Source: an uncultured Candidatus Saccharibacteria bacterium
GTDB taxonomy: Bacteria > Patescibacteriota > Minisyncoccia > UBA6257 > UBA9933
Direction of reading: 5' to 3'
Length of the DNA stretch: 64,000 nucleotides
Assembly (NCBI GenBank): GCA_964642155.1
Contig: CAZXNT010000001.1
Span: 65,238-129,237, forward strand
Below are positions 49,813 through 57,790 of this stretch, piece after piece. A model generated the notes under the pieces. That model saw only the letters and a program-made list of their open reading frames with translations, made no database searches and had not been told where the DNA came from. The number at the start of each line of letters is the position of its first letter. The stretch's first letter is position 1. The position numbers and the translations under genes were made by a program.

Positions 49813-50082
49813 TTATTTTTTCAAGCCGAGTTTTCGCACTAAGCTTGTATAACTTTTATTATCACTGCTTTCCAAATAAGAAAGGAATTTCTTTCTTTTG
49901 CCAACCATTTTTAAGAGCCCGCGGCGGGAATGATTGTCTTTAGCATTCTTCTTAAGATGGTCAGCTAATTCATTAATCTGCTTGGTTAAAAGCGCGATTT
50001 GAATTTCAACCGACCCGGTGTCGGTTTCATGAAGCCCGTACTCTTTCGCGATATTTTGTTTTTGCCTGACGGTTAAAGCCAT
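49813..50082 (-). CDS. rpsO: 30S ribosomal protein S15
   Basis: [16 protein letters not shown]...[20 protein letters not shown]. Confidence 0.9.
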   Translation of the reverse strand: MALTVRQKQNIAKEYGLHETDTGSVEIQIALLTKQINELADHLKKNAKDNHSRRGLLKMVGKRKKFLSYLESSDNKSYTSLVRKLGLKK

Positions 50083-50223
50083 CCCTCACCCTTCAAAGAT
50101 TTTTTATGAATTTTATTTATTAAAATTCATAAAATTATGATAATTGAAGATTAATTTTAATTTATTTATTATTTATTCCCTGCGCCATAAAATGATATTT
50201 ATTATCTTTAAAGGGTGAGGGAT
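50081..50223. mobile_element. MITE-like element copy 2, abutting the rpsO start codon
   Basis: Left terminus ATCCCTCACCCTTCAAAGAT at 50081-50100, right terminus ATCTTTAAAGGGTGAGGGAT at 50204-50223. Internal palindrome. Confidence 0.6.
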
Positions 50224-50314
50224 AATTTATAAAATTTAACACAGGTTAAAATAAAAAACAAGGGCAGTAAAAAAGTTTTGTTTGCAAAGAAGAAGAGGGC
50301 GCGAAAGGGACTCC

Positions 50315-50710
50315 CTATAAGATTTTTGAATACTCTTGATAATTTTTTCTTACCACCGCTTTCCAACTTGCGGTTTCGTTTTCACCCCCTAAATCATTTT
50401 TACTATATACCAATAAAACACGGACGGTTGAAGTGTGTTTATGAACAGCGATAATGCACCTATTGCCGGAAGCGTGTCTAGACTCTTGAGTTCCATGCAC
50501 ACGGAACTCTGTTTTGCAAACCCTTACATCCCCAGCTTCAGTAATGGTTTCTGCTATGTTTGTTTGCCCGATCAATGTATCAATGCGCTTAAACTCCTCG
50601 TGCATAGCAGTCCAAGTTACATCCCATGCCCCTTTATGCTTCTTTTTAAATTTAGAGATAAAGTGTCGTTCCGCGTATCGTTCTATAATAACCGTATAAT
50701 TAGTAAACAT
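50315..50710 (-). CDS. putative toxin partner of the HTH-Panacea antitoxin (family not recognised)
   Basis: 131-aa ORF overlapping the upstream antitoxin-like gene by 11 bp. GC-rich relative to its surroundings. Confidence 0.4.
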   Translation of the reverse strand: MFTNYTVIIERYAERHFISKFKKKHKGAWDVTWTAMHEEFKRIDTLIGQTNIAETITEAGDVRVCKTEFRVHGTQESRHASGNRCIIAVHKHTSTVRVLLVYSKNDLGGENETASWKAVVRKNYQEYSKIL

Positions 50711-51377
50711 AATCGGGGTCCTGTTGAGTTATCAATTCATACGGAATCATTTCATCTGGAGCGCAGAGTTTGTAGGGTAACTGTTCGTGAGTAAAATCAA
50801 TAATTTCTTGAGTTCTTTTATTTTTCCACTTTGTGGATATTTTTTTCATTAAATTAACTTCTTCGGTTTTAAGAAAATCAAGTTTTTGGTGTTGCGCGCC
50901 CGCGCCAATAAGAATGGCGCCACCCTTATAATCAACAGTTATTTTCCCTTCCTCCTCAAGCTCTGCAAGCGCTCTGAAATACGAATCGGGCACAGGACCA
51001 TACGTTCGGCGCAAATATTGCATCCCGCTCATACTCTCAAGATTCGTGTAATACCACGCGAAATCAGCCAAATAGAGAAGCTTGGCTAATTTAGTTTTTG
51101 GAACTTTTCCGTCAGTAGAAATTGAAGATTTAAGAAAAGCAATAATCATTTGCTTATATTTTTCATACTTTGGCAAAGTGGCTTTTGCAAATTCTTCGAT
51201 AGAAATGCCGAACAGATTTTTTAACTTCTGCGCTTCATCTAGGGTGAGACCCCTGTTCCCGCGCTCAATGGCTACATATGAAGGACGGGAAAGCCCCAAT
51301 TTATCCGCGACAAAAGACTGCGAAAAATCCCGCTCTGTTCGAAGAGCTTTTATAAATTGCGCATATTTATTAATCAT
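50700..51377 (-). CDS. HTH (XRE-family) plus Panacea/DUF4065-domain protein, putative antitoxin
   Basis: N-terminal Cro/C1-type HTH (FVADKLGLSRPSYVAIERG). C-terminal KLAKLLYLADFAWYY resembles the DUF4065 signature. Confidence 0.55.
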   Translation of the reverse strand: MINKYAQFIKALRTERDFSQSFVADKLGLSRPSYVAIERGNRGLTLDEAQKLKNLFGISIEEFAKATLPKYEKYKQMIIAFLKSSISTDGKVPKTKLAKLLYLADFAWYYTNLESMSGMQYLRRTYGPVPDSYFRALAELEEEGKITVDYKGGAILIGAGAQHQKLDFLKTEEVNLMKKISTKWKNKRTQEIIDFTHEQLPYKLCAPDEMIPYELITQQDPDYVY

Positions 51378-51481
51378 ACTAGAAGTATATTTATGTATGT
51401 AAAAAAGTCAAGCATTAAGTGTTGATAAATTTTACATTTAAAAATTAAGGTTGTAAGATAACGGCGACGATCATCCTTTGG

Positions 51482-52294
51482 TCATGGACGCCCTAGTGGA
51501 AATGCCCGAGGCGCAAATGCCCTTATGTTTGCCCCTCCTACCCCTTTTGCGCGCACAGAGAAACGCTCCCGTCCTTTCAAACTATACTTAAAAACATCGT
51601 TCACTTCTCGAATATTTTTATTTGCTTCTTTTACATATATAGGTTGAACTTCTGTTCCTAAATAATTTCTTCTATGTAATAAAGCAGCTACGGCAGTGGA
51701 ACCCGAACCCATAAATGGGTCCAAAATAGTATCTCCTTCTTTGCTGAAAAGTCGCATGAACCACGAAGGTAATTCAATTGGAAAAACAGCGCTATGATTT
51801 TTTCTCGAAGAGGATTCGACAGCTGATTCAAATATATTACTCAAATACAATCTATGTTCTTCTTCAAAAACTATTACATTATGCGGGAAAACCTTTTTCT
51901 TATTAAGCCAATTTGAAACATTGCGACCTAAATGAGAATTGTTTTTAGAAATGTGTCTGACAAAATCATTTTCGCTCATTGATTTAAAACGCTTCTCTGC
52001 CCAGCTCCCAATTGGAACCTTAACCGCATCTTGATACATTTTGAAATCTTTTTGCTTTGTGAATTGTAAACAACATTCCCATGAATCACGAAACCGATTG
52101 GGCCATTTTCCAGGGAATGAATTTTTCTTATACCAACAATACTCTTCGATCCAAAACCATCCTTGCTTTTTCAATTCCAAAATTAACTCCAGAACATAAG
52201 TTTCTCGCTCACCATTTTTGGGATGTTCTTTTATATTGAGAATAAATAAACCATCGTCTTTTAGTACTCTGTAAAGTTCTTTTGTGATCGGCAA
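51482..52294 (-). pseudogene. N-4/N-6 DNA methyltransferase (PF01555-like), N-terminally truncated and lacking the DPPY motif
   Basis: C-terminal SAM motif DPFMGSGSTAVAA and RVLKDDG block are present. The frame is closed by an upstream stop about 30 codons before TTG, with no DPPY/NPPY. The sortase gene's 3' end occupies the expected N-terminal coding region. Confidence 0.5.
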
Positions 52295-52371
52295 AAACCA
52301 CTGAACATATTTATCTGGATGAGTACCACCATACGATTTTTTTCTTTTTTCCCGACGGGGTTTGTATTTTG

Positions 52372-53007
52372 TTATTCTTTATCAGTAAAAACTATGAGTC
52401 GATCAGAACGAGTTTTCTCGGCCTTATTCCAAACTCCCGCGCAAGTAATAAGGTTAAGGTGCGCTTTTCCGTCACTTGAACCAAATACATCCGAGGCATC
52501 CGCGTTCTTGTCATATCTCCGAATTTCGCGCACAACAAAAGTAACAATCGCCCCTTTTTCATTTTCAATATACATTTTATCACCTTTGCGTATTTTATGT
52601 AAATTATCAAATACTGCCGGTATATCATTTTTCCAGCCATAGTGCCCGGCAATAACAGAACTTCCGTTTTCTCCGGGGCGCGGGCCGAGATTAAACCACG
52701 CTACCCCAATAGGACCTTTAGGCACGTCCATTGCTCCGTCGGATGTAAGACCTACATACTCGACGGAGGCATCAACCTTTATACTTGGAATTTTGAGATG
52801 CACCGGAAGTCCCATACCCCCTTGTTGCTGGGTCAGTATTTGGGATAATTGCTGCTGAAGCTGGACTATCTGTTGTTGAATCTGGGTAATTAATGTTTGA
52901 AGTTGGCTGTCAGTCATTCGCTGAGCCTTTACGACAAGGTTCGGCGATAATAAAAAAAACACTACTATAAATAATAAGATTGATAAACTCTTTCGGAAAA
53001 ATTTCAT
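52372..53007 (-). CDS. sortase (TLITC active site) with N-terminal TM and Gln-rich coiled coil
   Basis: Catalytic His (VIAGHYGW), Cys (LNLITCAG) and Arg (TRSDRLIVF). Signal-anchor MKFFRKSLSILLFIVVFFLL. Confidence 0.75.
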   Translation of the reverse strand: MKFFRKSLSILLFIVVFFLLSPNLVVKAQRMTDSQLQTLITQIQQQIVQLQQQLSQILTQQQGGMGLPVHLKIPSIKVDASVEYVGLTSDGAMDVPKGPIGVAWFNLGPRPGENGSSVIAGHYGWKNDIPAVFDNLHKIRKGDKMYIENEKGAIVTFVVREIRRYDKNADASDVFGSSDGKAHLNLITCAGVWNKAEKTRSDRLIVFTDKE

Positions 53008-53113
53008 ATTTTTATAGTTTAATTACTTTATTTATTATACTACAACCAAAAACTACTCATAAAAGGTGGCTATAGAAAATACGCAGGCAAAAGAAGAAAA
53101 AGATAACTAATAC

Positions 53114-54355
53114 CTACTTAACACTAGGAGGAAAACCTGTATTTGGCAGTTTTATCATTGCTGAGAGTTGAGCTTGAAGTAATTGTACTAATTGCTGCAT
53201 CAGAGGAATGAGCTGTTGTTTAATCTGGTTAATCTGGGCTAAAATCTGCTGGTTTGATACAGGTGTCGGTGTCGGTGTCGGAGCTACTGTTAGTACAACC
53301 ACAGGAGTTGAGGTTGGTGTTGGTGTTGGGGTAGGGGTAGGGGTAGGTGTTGGTGTTGGTTGGGTAACATTAACCACCACACTGTTCGACGCACCAGCAC
53401 AATTTATTGAATACGTTGTATTTGATGTCGGTGAAACGCTAACACTTCCTGAAATAGCATTTCCTGTTGAGAAGTTGGTACCAGAACAACTTGCCGCATT
53501 TGAGCTTGACCACGATAGGGTTGACGAATTACCACTTATGATTGAGGTTGGATTTGCTGAAATTGTTGCTGTTGGGGTTGGTGGTGGAGTAACGGCAACA
53601 ATTGGCTTGGTAACAGTGTTTGCATCTAACGTAGCTGCGGTCTGTGCGAGTGCCCTGCCGTTTAGCGTTGCACCGGTGTTCAGCACAATTGCTGTTTGAT
53701 CCAATATATTTCCATTAAAGACAGCTGTCGTTCCAAGTGTCGTTTGGCCAGCAACCTGCCAGAAGATGTTAGCGGCCTGCGCACCGCCACTCAGGACAAC
53801 CTGCACAGCGGAACTCACAGTGAGATTTTGCGCTATCTGAAATATCCAAACATCATTGGCACCGCCCGAGAGAGTGACATTCGTTGGTATTGTCACGCCG
53901 GTACTCCATTTATAAAGTCCCGGAGCTAATGTCATTCCGCCAATATTTCCCGCACCCAATTCAGTCGCAGTCGGATTTGTTCTCCCCGCGGCATCAGTGT
54001 ACGCGGTTTCCATGTCACTTACCGCTGTAGTCATTGTAGCTGGAGTAGGAGCCGTATAGTCGGCTGCATATACTTTTCCGGTTACTATGGCTGATGTCGA
54101 AAATGTATTCGAAGCGTCCAGTATTAATCCGAATCCAGTTATGGCAGTCGCGGCGATTGGGCTCACTCCAATATCTCCAGTAATTGAGGTATTTCCGGTG
54201 GTTGAGATCCCCGACTTCGTTAGAATCACGAAATTGCCTGCTGATCCGAGATTTACTGTCGCTGGACCTGCAGCAAGCACAGCCATTGGCCCGGTGAGAC
54301 CAAACATAAATGCAAGACCTAATACAACCACTAAACCCTTGTTAAATTTTTTCAT
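53114..54355 (-). CDS. surface protein with DUF3494 (ice-binding-like) domain, Ig-like domain, PT linker, Gln-rich coiled coil and C-terminal LPNTG
   Basis: LGSAGNFVILTKSGISTTGNTSITGDIGVSP matches the DUF3494 signature. (PT)n linker. The ORF ends KLPNTGFPPSVK. Confidence 0.7.
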   Translation of the reverse strand: MKKFNKGLVVVLGLAFMFGLTGPMAVLAAGPATVNLGSAGNFVILTKSGISTTGNTSITGDIGVSPIAATAITGFGLILDASNTFSTSAIVTGKVYAADYTAPTPATMTTAVSDMETAYTDAAGRTNPTATELGAGNIGGMTLAPGLYKWSTGVTIPTNVTLSGGANDVWIFQIAQNLTVSSAVQVVLSGGAQAANIFWQVAGQTTLGTTAVFNGNILDQTAIVLNTGATLNGRALAQTAATLDANTVTKPIVAVTPPPTPTATISANPTSIISGNSSTLSWSSSNAASCSGTNFSTGNAISGSVSVSPTSNTTYSINCAGASNSVVVNVTQPTPTPTPTPTPTPTPTSTPVVVLTVAPTPTPTPVSNQQILAQINQIKQQLIPLMQQLVQLLQAQLSAMIKLPNTGFPPSVK

Positions 54356-54454
54356 ATATTTTATTTATTTATTATTTTGTTAATGACTTTTATTGGTGGC
54401 AAGTATGGTCGACTACATACATGTTCCAATAATCGATTATTTTTTACGACCTTT

Positions 54455-54500
54455 ATTATAGTTTACCCCCCCCCCCGATAATTTTGCAATGTGTATTAAG
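54455..54500 (-). promoter_or_regulatory. candidate promoter with a G12 homopolymer (C12 on the plus strand, 54466-54477) between a TTGCAA -35-like hexamer and a perfect TATAAT
   Basis: Minus-strand read: TTGCAA aattatc G12 taaac TATAAT, about 95 nt upstream of the start of 53114..54355. Confidence 0.45.
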
Positions 54501-54815
54501 TCCACCCCTTTCATATCTCAGTGTTAGCCGCCGAAAATCCAAAAACAAAATCAGTCTCGGTTTTGCCAAATCCCTTCTCCCAGAAAATAGTTTTGGCAAA
54601 ACCGAGTCCGCATTAGTTCCGCCACACTGCCCAAATACTTGGAGAGCAGAACCTCGAAAAAAAATGTCTTTTCTTTTTTAAAAGAAATTGGTCGCGCGCA
54701 AATCCGAAAATGCGAACAAAACTTTTCTGTGGTGTGGCGAGCGTTAGCGAGCGGCGGCGGGGCGGGTCAGTTGTTCCGCTCAAAATGGGTTCGTGCATTT
54801 TCAAACAAAGGGCAG

Positions 54816-54890
54816 TGTCCTCGACAGGAATCGAACCTGTACCGCCTCCTTCGGAGGGAGGCATTGTATCCATTCAACTACGAGGACTTA
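54816..54890 (-). tRNA. tRNA-Arg (anticodon CCG)
   Basis: Reverse complement has acceptor stem GTCCTCG/CGAGGAC, anticodon stem CCTCC/GGAGG with loop CTCCGAA, and T-loop TTCGATT. Confidence 0.75.
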
Positions 54891-54923
54891 GCAATCTAAT
54901 TCTGAATTTATAATTCTAAATTA

Positions 54924-55439
54924 TTAATTAAAGCGAAGCTTTATATACGCCACGTCGCTGGGCTGAGGAGAATAAGAAATTTTCATATCAATCCGCCATT
55001 TGACAGATTTAAAAGTGTCTTTGATTTTTTTGGCAATTTTTACGGCAAGTTGGTTTTCGGTAACGGTTATCGTCATTTCGCTTTTATTTTTTTTAACGGC
55101 AATCAGCCTGTCCATCGGGTCGCGTTCATAAGCCCGCCGGCCGAATGTCATTATTAAATGTTCAATTTCGCTGAAAATTTCAGAAGGAATGTTTTTAATA
55201 ATAATCTCTCCCTCAAACTGTCTGTTTTTAATCATCTTGCAAGCCGGACATAAAGAAAATTTAATGGGCAAATTTTCGCGGAGATTTTTATAATTTCGCA
55301 AATTGTGATGCCAAGATTTTTTATAATAAACCGCGTTGCAATCTTTGCAAAAAACCAAACCCAGTTTCCCTTTTGGTAATTCACGCTCTTCTGTTCGCGG
55401 CAAAATTATTTTATTGTCATATTGTTTGCGCCTTTCCAT
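54924..55439 (-). CDS. hypothetical zinc-ribbon protein (CKDC...CPAC)
   Basis: Two CxxC pairs. The start codon abuts MITE copy 3. Confidence 0.4.
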   Translation of the reverse strand: MERRKQYDNKIILPRTEERELPKGKLGLVFCKDCNAVYYKKSWHHNLRNYKNLRENLPIKFSLCPACKMIKNRQFEGEIIIKNIPSEIFSEIEHLIMTFGRRAYERDPMDRLIAVKKNKSEMTITVTENQLAVKIAKKIKDTFKSVKWRIDMKISYSPQPSDVAYIKLRFN

Positions 55440-55584
55440 CCCTCACCCTTCAAAGATCTATTTTTAATTTTAATATAATTAAAATTAAAAATAAAATTCT
55501 TTAAATTATTATTTTATTAAAATTTTATTTTTTACTCTTTAATCCTTTATCCTTCAATTTTCCAATCTCTGAAGGGTGAGGGAT
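55438..55584. mobile_element. MITE-like element copy 3
   Basis: Termini ATCCCTCACCCTTCAAAGAT ... ATCTCTGAAGGGTGAGGGAT. AT-rich palindromic interior. Confidence 0.6.
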
Positions 55585-56768
55585 TAATAAATTAATTTAT
55601 ATCCTATTCCGGCCGCGAAAACAAGCAGAAGAAAAGCGATAATTATCGGATGGATTTTGTTAATAATTTTTTCCTGCCCGAGCAAGTCCGCGCCCCGAGA
55701 CGCCTTAAGCCACATTAAGATTATAAAAATTCCTTCCAGCCCGATAATAATCGCGCCAACGAATTCCACTAGCTGTAAAAAATTCTGGGAACCGACAATA
55801 TAAAACAAAATCGGGATTGCGACAACAATCAAACCCGAGAAAACCAAGGGCATATTAAAATCGTGTTCCAGACTTTTTTTAATGTCGCGGCCGATGATAA
55901 TATACGTGCTCCAAAGAGAGATTATGCCCAAGGCTCCTAAAATCCAAAGAATTATTGATGGCAGATTTTTAACCAATCCGGAAACCGCGTCCTGCGAAAC
56001 GCCGTTTGAAAGACCTAAAATCCCGAAAATAAAAACCGCGTAAATAAAAACCGGCGCGATACTGCCGATAATAATAGGCCACTTGCTCTTTATCGGCGAC
56101 TGACCGTTATTGCGAAAATAGCCAAGTAAGGTCGGTATCGCCGACCGACCGTACATTGAAAATAAAACCGCGCCAAACGGCAAAAAAATATTGCCGAAAT
56201 TAAACAAGGAAACAGTTTTTATTTTTTCCAATCCGCCGGAAAATCCGAATCCGAATATTATAAAAATCATCGCGGCTATCGCCAGAAAAATAAAAAAATC
56301 GGAAACCGCCAATTCATTGATTTTTAAAAAAATTGCCAATGAGCCAAAAAGCCAAAAAATAAAAATAACATAGATATCCGGAGCGGCCGGCAAAATCAAT
56401 TTTATAAAACTTACCGACAAAACAAGATAAATCGTCAAAACCAAAAGCGCGCCGAAAATTGTCATAAAAATACTTGACCAATGTCCGAGCCGTCCCAAAT
56501 AAATTTTGGCGTAACCGGAAAAACGCCTATTTTCCGAAGTACGAACGATAATATCGGCGTACATTAAATGAATCAAAGCGAATACGGCGCCAAAAATAAA
56601 TAAATAAAATAAGCTTATGGCAACGCCGGCTTTATTAAATAAATAGGGTAGAGCGAACATTCCGGCGCCGATAATAGTGGTCGCCAAAAGCGAAGCTGGA
56701 AAAACCAACTGGCTAAATATTCTCCTCATTTTGTTTACCGATAATCTTGTCCAAAACTTTTTTTTCAA
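55584..56768 (-). CDS. amino acid permease (aromatic/tyrosine transporter-like)
   Basis: IIGAGMFALPYLF motif and 10-11 TM helices. The true start is probably downstream of 56768 (MRRIFSQ). Confidence 0.6.
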   Translation of the reverse strand: MKKKFWTRLSVNKMRRIFSQLVFPASLLATTIIGAGMFALPYLFNKAGVAISLFYLFIFGAVFALIHLMYADIIVRTSENRRFSGYAKIYLGRLGHWSSIFMTIFGALLVLTIYLVLSVSFIKLILPAAPDIYVIFIFWLFGSLAIFLKINELAVSDFFIFLAIAAMIFIIFGFGFSGGLEKIKTVSLFNFGNIFLPFGAVLFSMYGRSAIPTLLGYFRNNGQSPIKSKWPIIIGSIAPVFIYAVFIFGILGLSNGVSQDAVSGLVKNLPSIILWILGALGIISLWSTYIIIGRDIKKSLEHDFNMPLVFSGLIVVAIPILFYIVGSQNFLQLVEFVGAIIIGLEGIFIILMWLKASRGADLLGQEKIINKIHPIIIAFLLLVFAAGIGYKLIY

Positions 56769-57177
56769 AAATCCAGAAAATTGTAAAAATCATAAGCGTT
56801 ATAATTACGGTAAAAACGGCTATCGCATAAAATCCAAAACCCGTTGCCATTCCAACCGCCGCGGCAACCAATAAACCGGCGGCTGTTGTAACTCCGCTGG
56901 GATGAGAGCCGTGAAAAATAATAAGTCCCGCGCCGATAAAACCGATTCCGCCGATAATGCTGGGAGGTATTACAGCAACGTTAAAATTGGGGAAAATTTT
57001 ATCAAGAGAAATTGAAATAACCACCAGAAGACACGAGCTTAAGCTGATTAAAGAAAAAGTTCTCAATCCGGCTGTTTTATGCGCTATTTGCCTTTCAATG
57101 CCGATTAAACCGCCGAAAATAACCGCTAAAACAAGCCGCATAAAAATTTCCCAATTTTGAAAAAATAAAATTTCCAT
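56713..57177 (-). CDS. mgtC: MgtC/SapB family membrane protein
   Basis: VIFGGLIGIERQIAHKTAGLRT motif. Confidence 0.75.
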   Translation of the reverse strand: MEILFFQNWEIFMRLVLAVIFGGLIGIERQIAHKTAGLRTFSLISLSSCLLVVISISLDKIFPNFNVAVIPPSIIGGIGFIGAGLIIFHGSHPSGVTTAAGLLVAAAVGMATGFGFYAIAVFTVIITLMIFTIFWIFEKKVLDKIIGKQNEENI

Positions 57178-57178
57178 C

Positions 57179-57790
57179 CTATAAAACTTTGTGGTTATTG
57201 TTTTTTTCTTTCTTGATTATCTCAATCAGTTTGTCCAAAAGCCGCTTCGGGTCGCTGTCAAAAACTATTTTCCCTTTCATTTCTTCGGCGCGATGAGATT
57301 TTTCAATCAATTCCTTAAAAAGTTCGTCAGTTTCCCACTCACCCTGCAAAATTCCTATCGGCTTTTTATCTTCAAAGGTGATTGTGAATTCATTTAATGT
57401 ACCCATTCTGCCACATCCGAAAATCACAGCATCGGAAGACCTCACCAAAAGCAAGTTTCTGCCGGAATAATTAAAACCCGTGTAAATTATCATATCGTGA
57501 TATTCTGTCGGCAATTGATAAACTTGAATATGCTCTTTCTCGGTGGCAGCCGGCGAAAGACCGATAACAATACCTCCTTCTTGCTTCGCGCCCTTAGCAG
57601 CCCAAAAAGGAAAACCTGTAGTGGCGCCGTCAATTAAAACCGCGTCGTGCCGGACAATTTCCCTCCCTAATTCTTCGGCCAAATTAAAAGCATCCACTCC
57701 GCAATGGTTTGTTTCCGCGGCTCCGGAAACGCAAATTTTATATTTATGGTCAGTATGACAGATATTTTTATTCATTAATTTATTATAACT
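57179..57790 (-). CDS. SLOG/LOG-like Rossmann protein (TIGR00725-like)
   Basis: ICVSGAAE ... VLIDGATTG ... GGIVIGLSP ... AVIFGCGRMGTLNE pattern. Likely start MNKNICH at about 57790. Confidence 0.5.
   Translation of the reverse strand, partial: SYNKLMNKNICHTDHKYKICVSGAAETNHCGVDAFNLAEELGREIVRHDAVLIDGATTGFPFWAAKGAKQEGGIVIGLSPAATEKEHIQVYQLPTEYHDMIIYTGFNYSGRNLLLVRSSDAVIFGCGRMGTLNEFTITFEDKKPIGILQGEWETDELFKELIEKSHRAEEMKGKIVFDSDPKRLLDKLIEIIKKEKNNNHKVL

Noticed and set aside
53114-53116. Alternative genetic code (stop-codon reassignment) to explain the stop between LPNTG and the hydrophobic tail
   Set aside because: The codon is TAG, not the TGA reassigned in some CPR lineages. All conserved housekeeping proteins in the window read full-length and terminate sensibly under the standard bacterial code.
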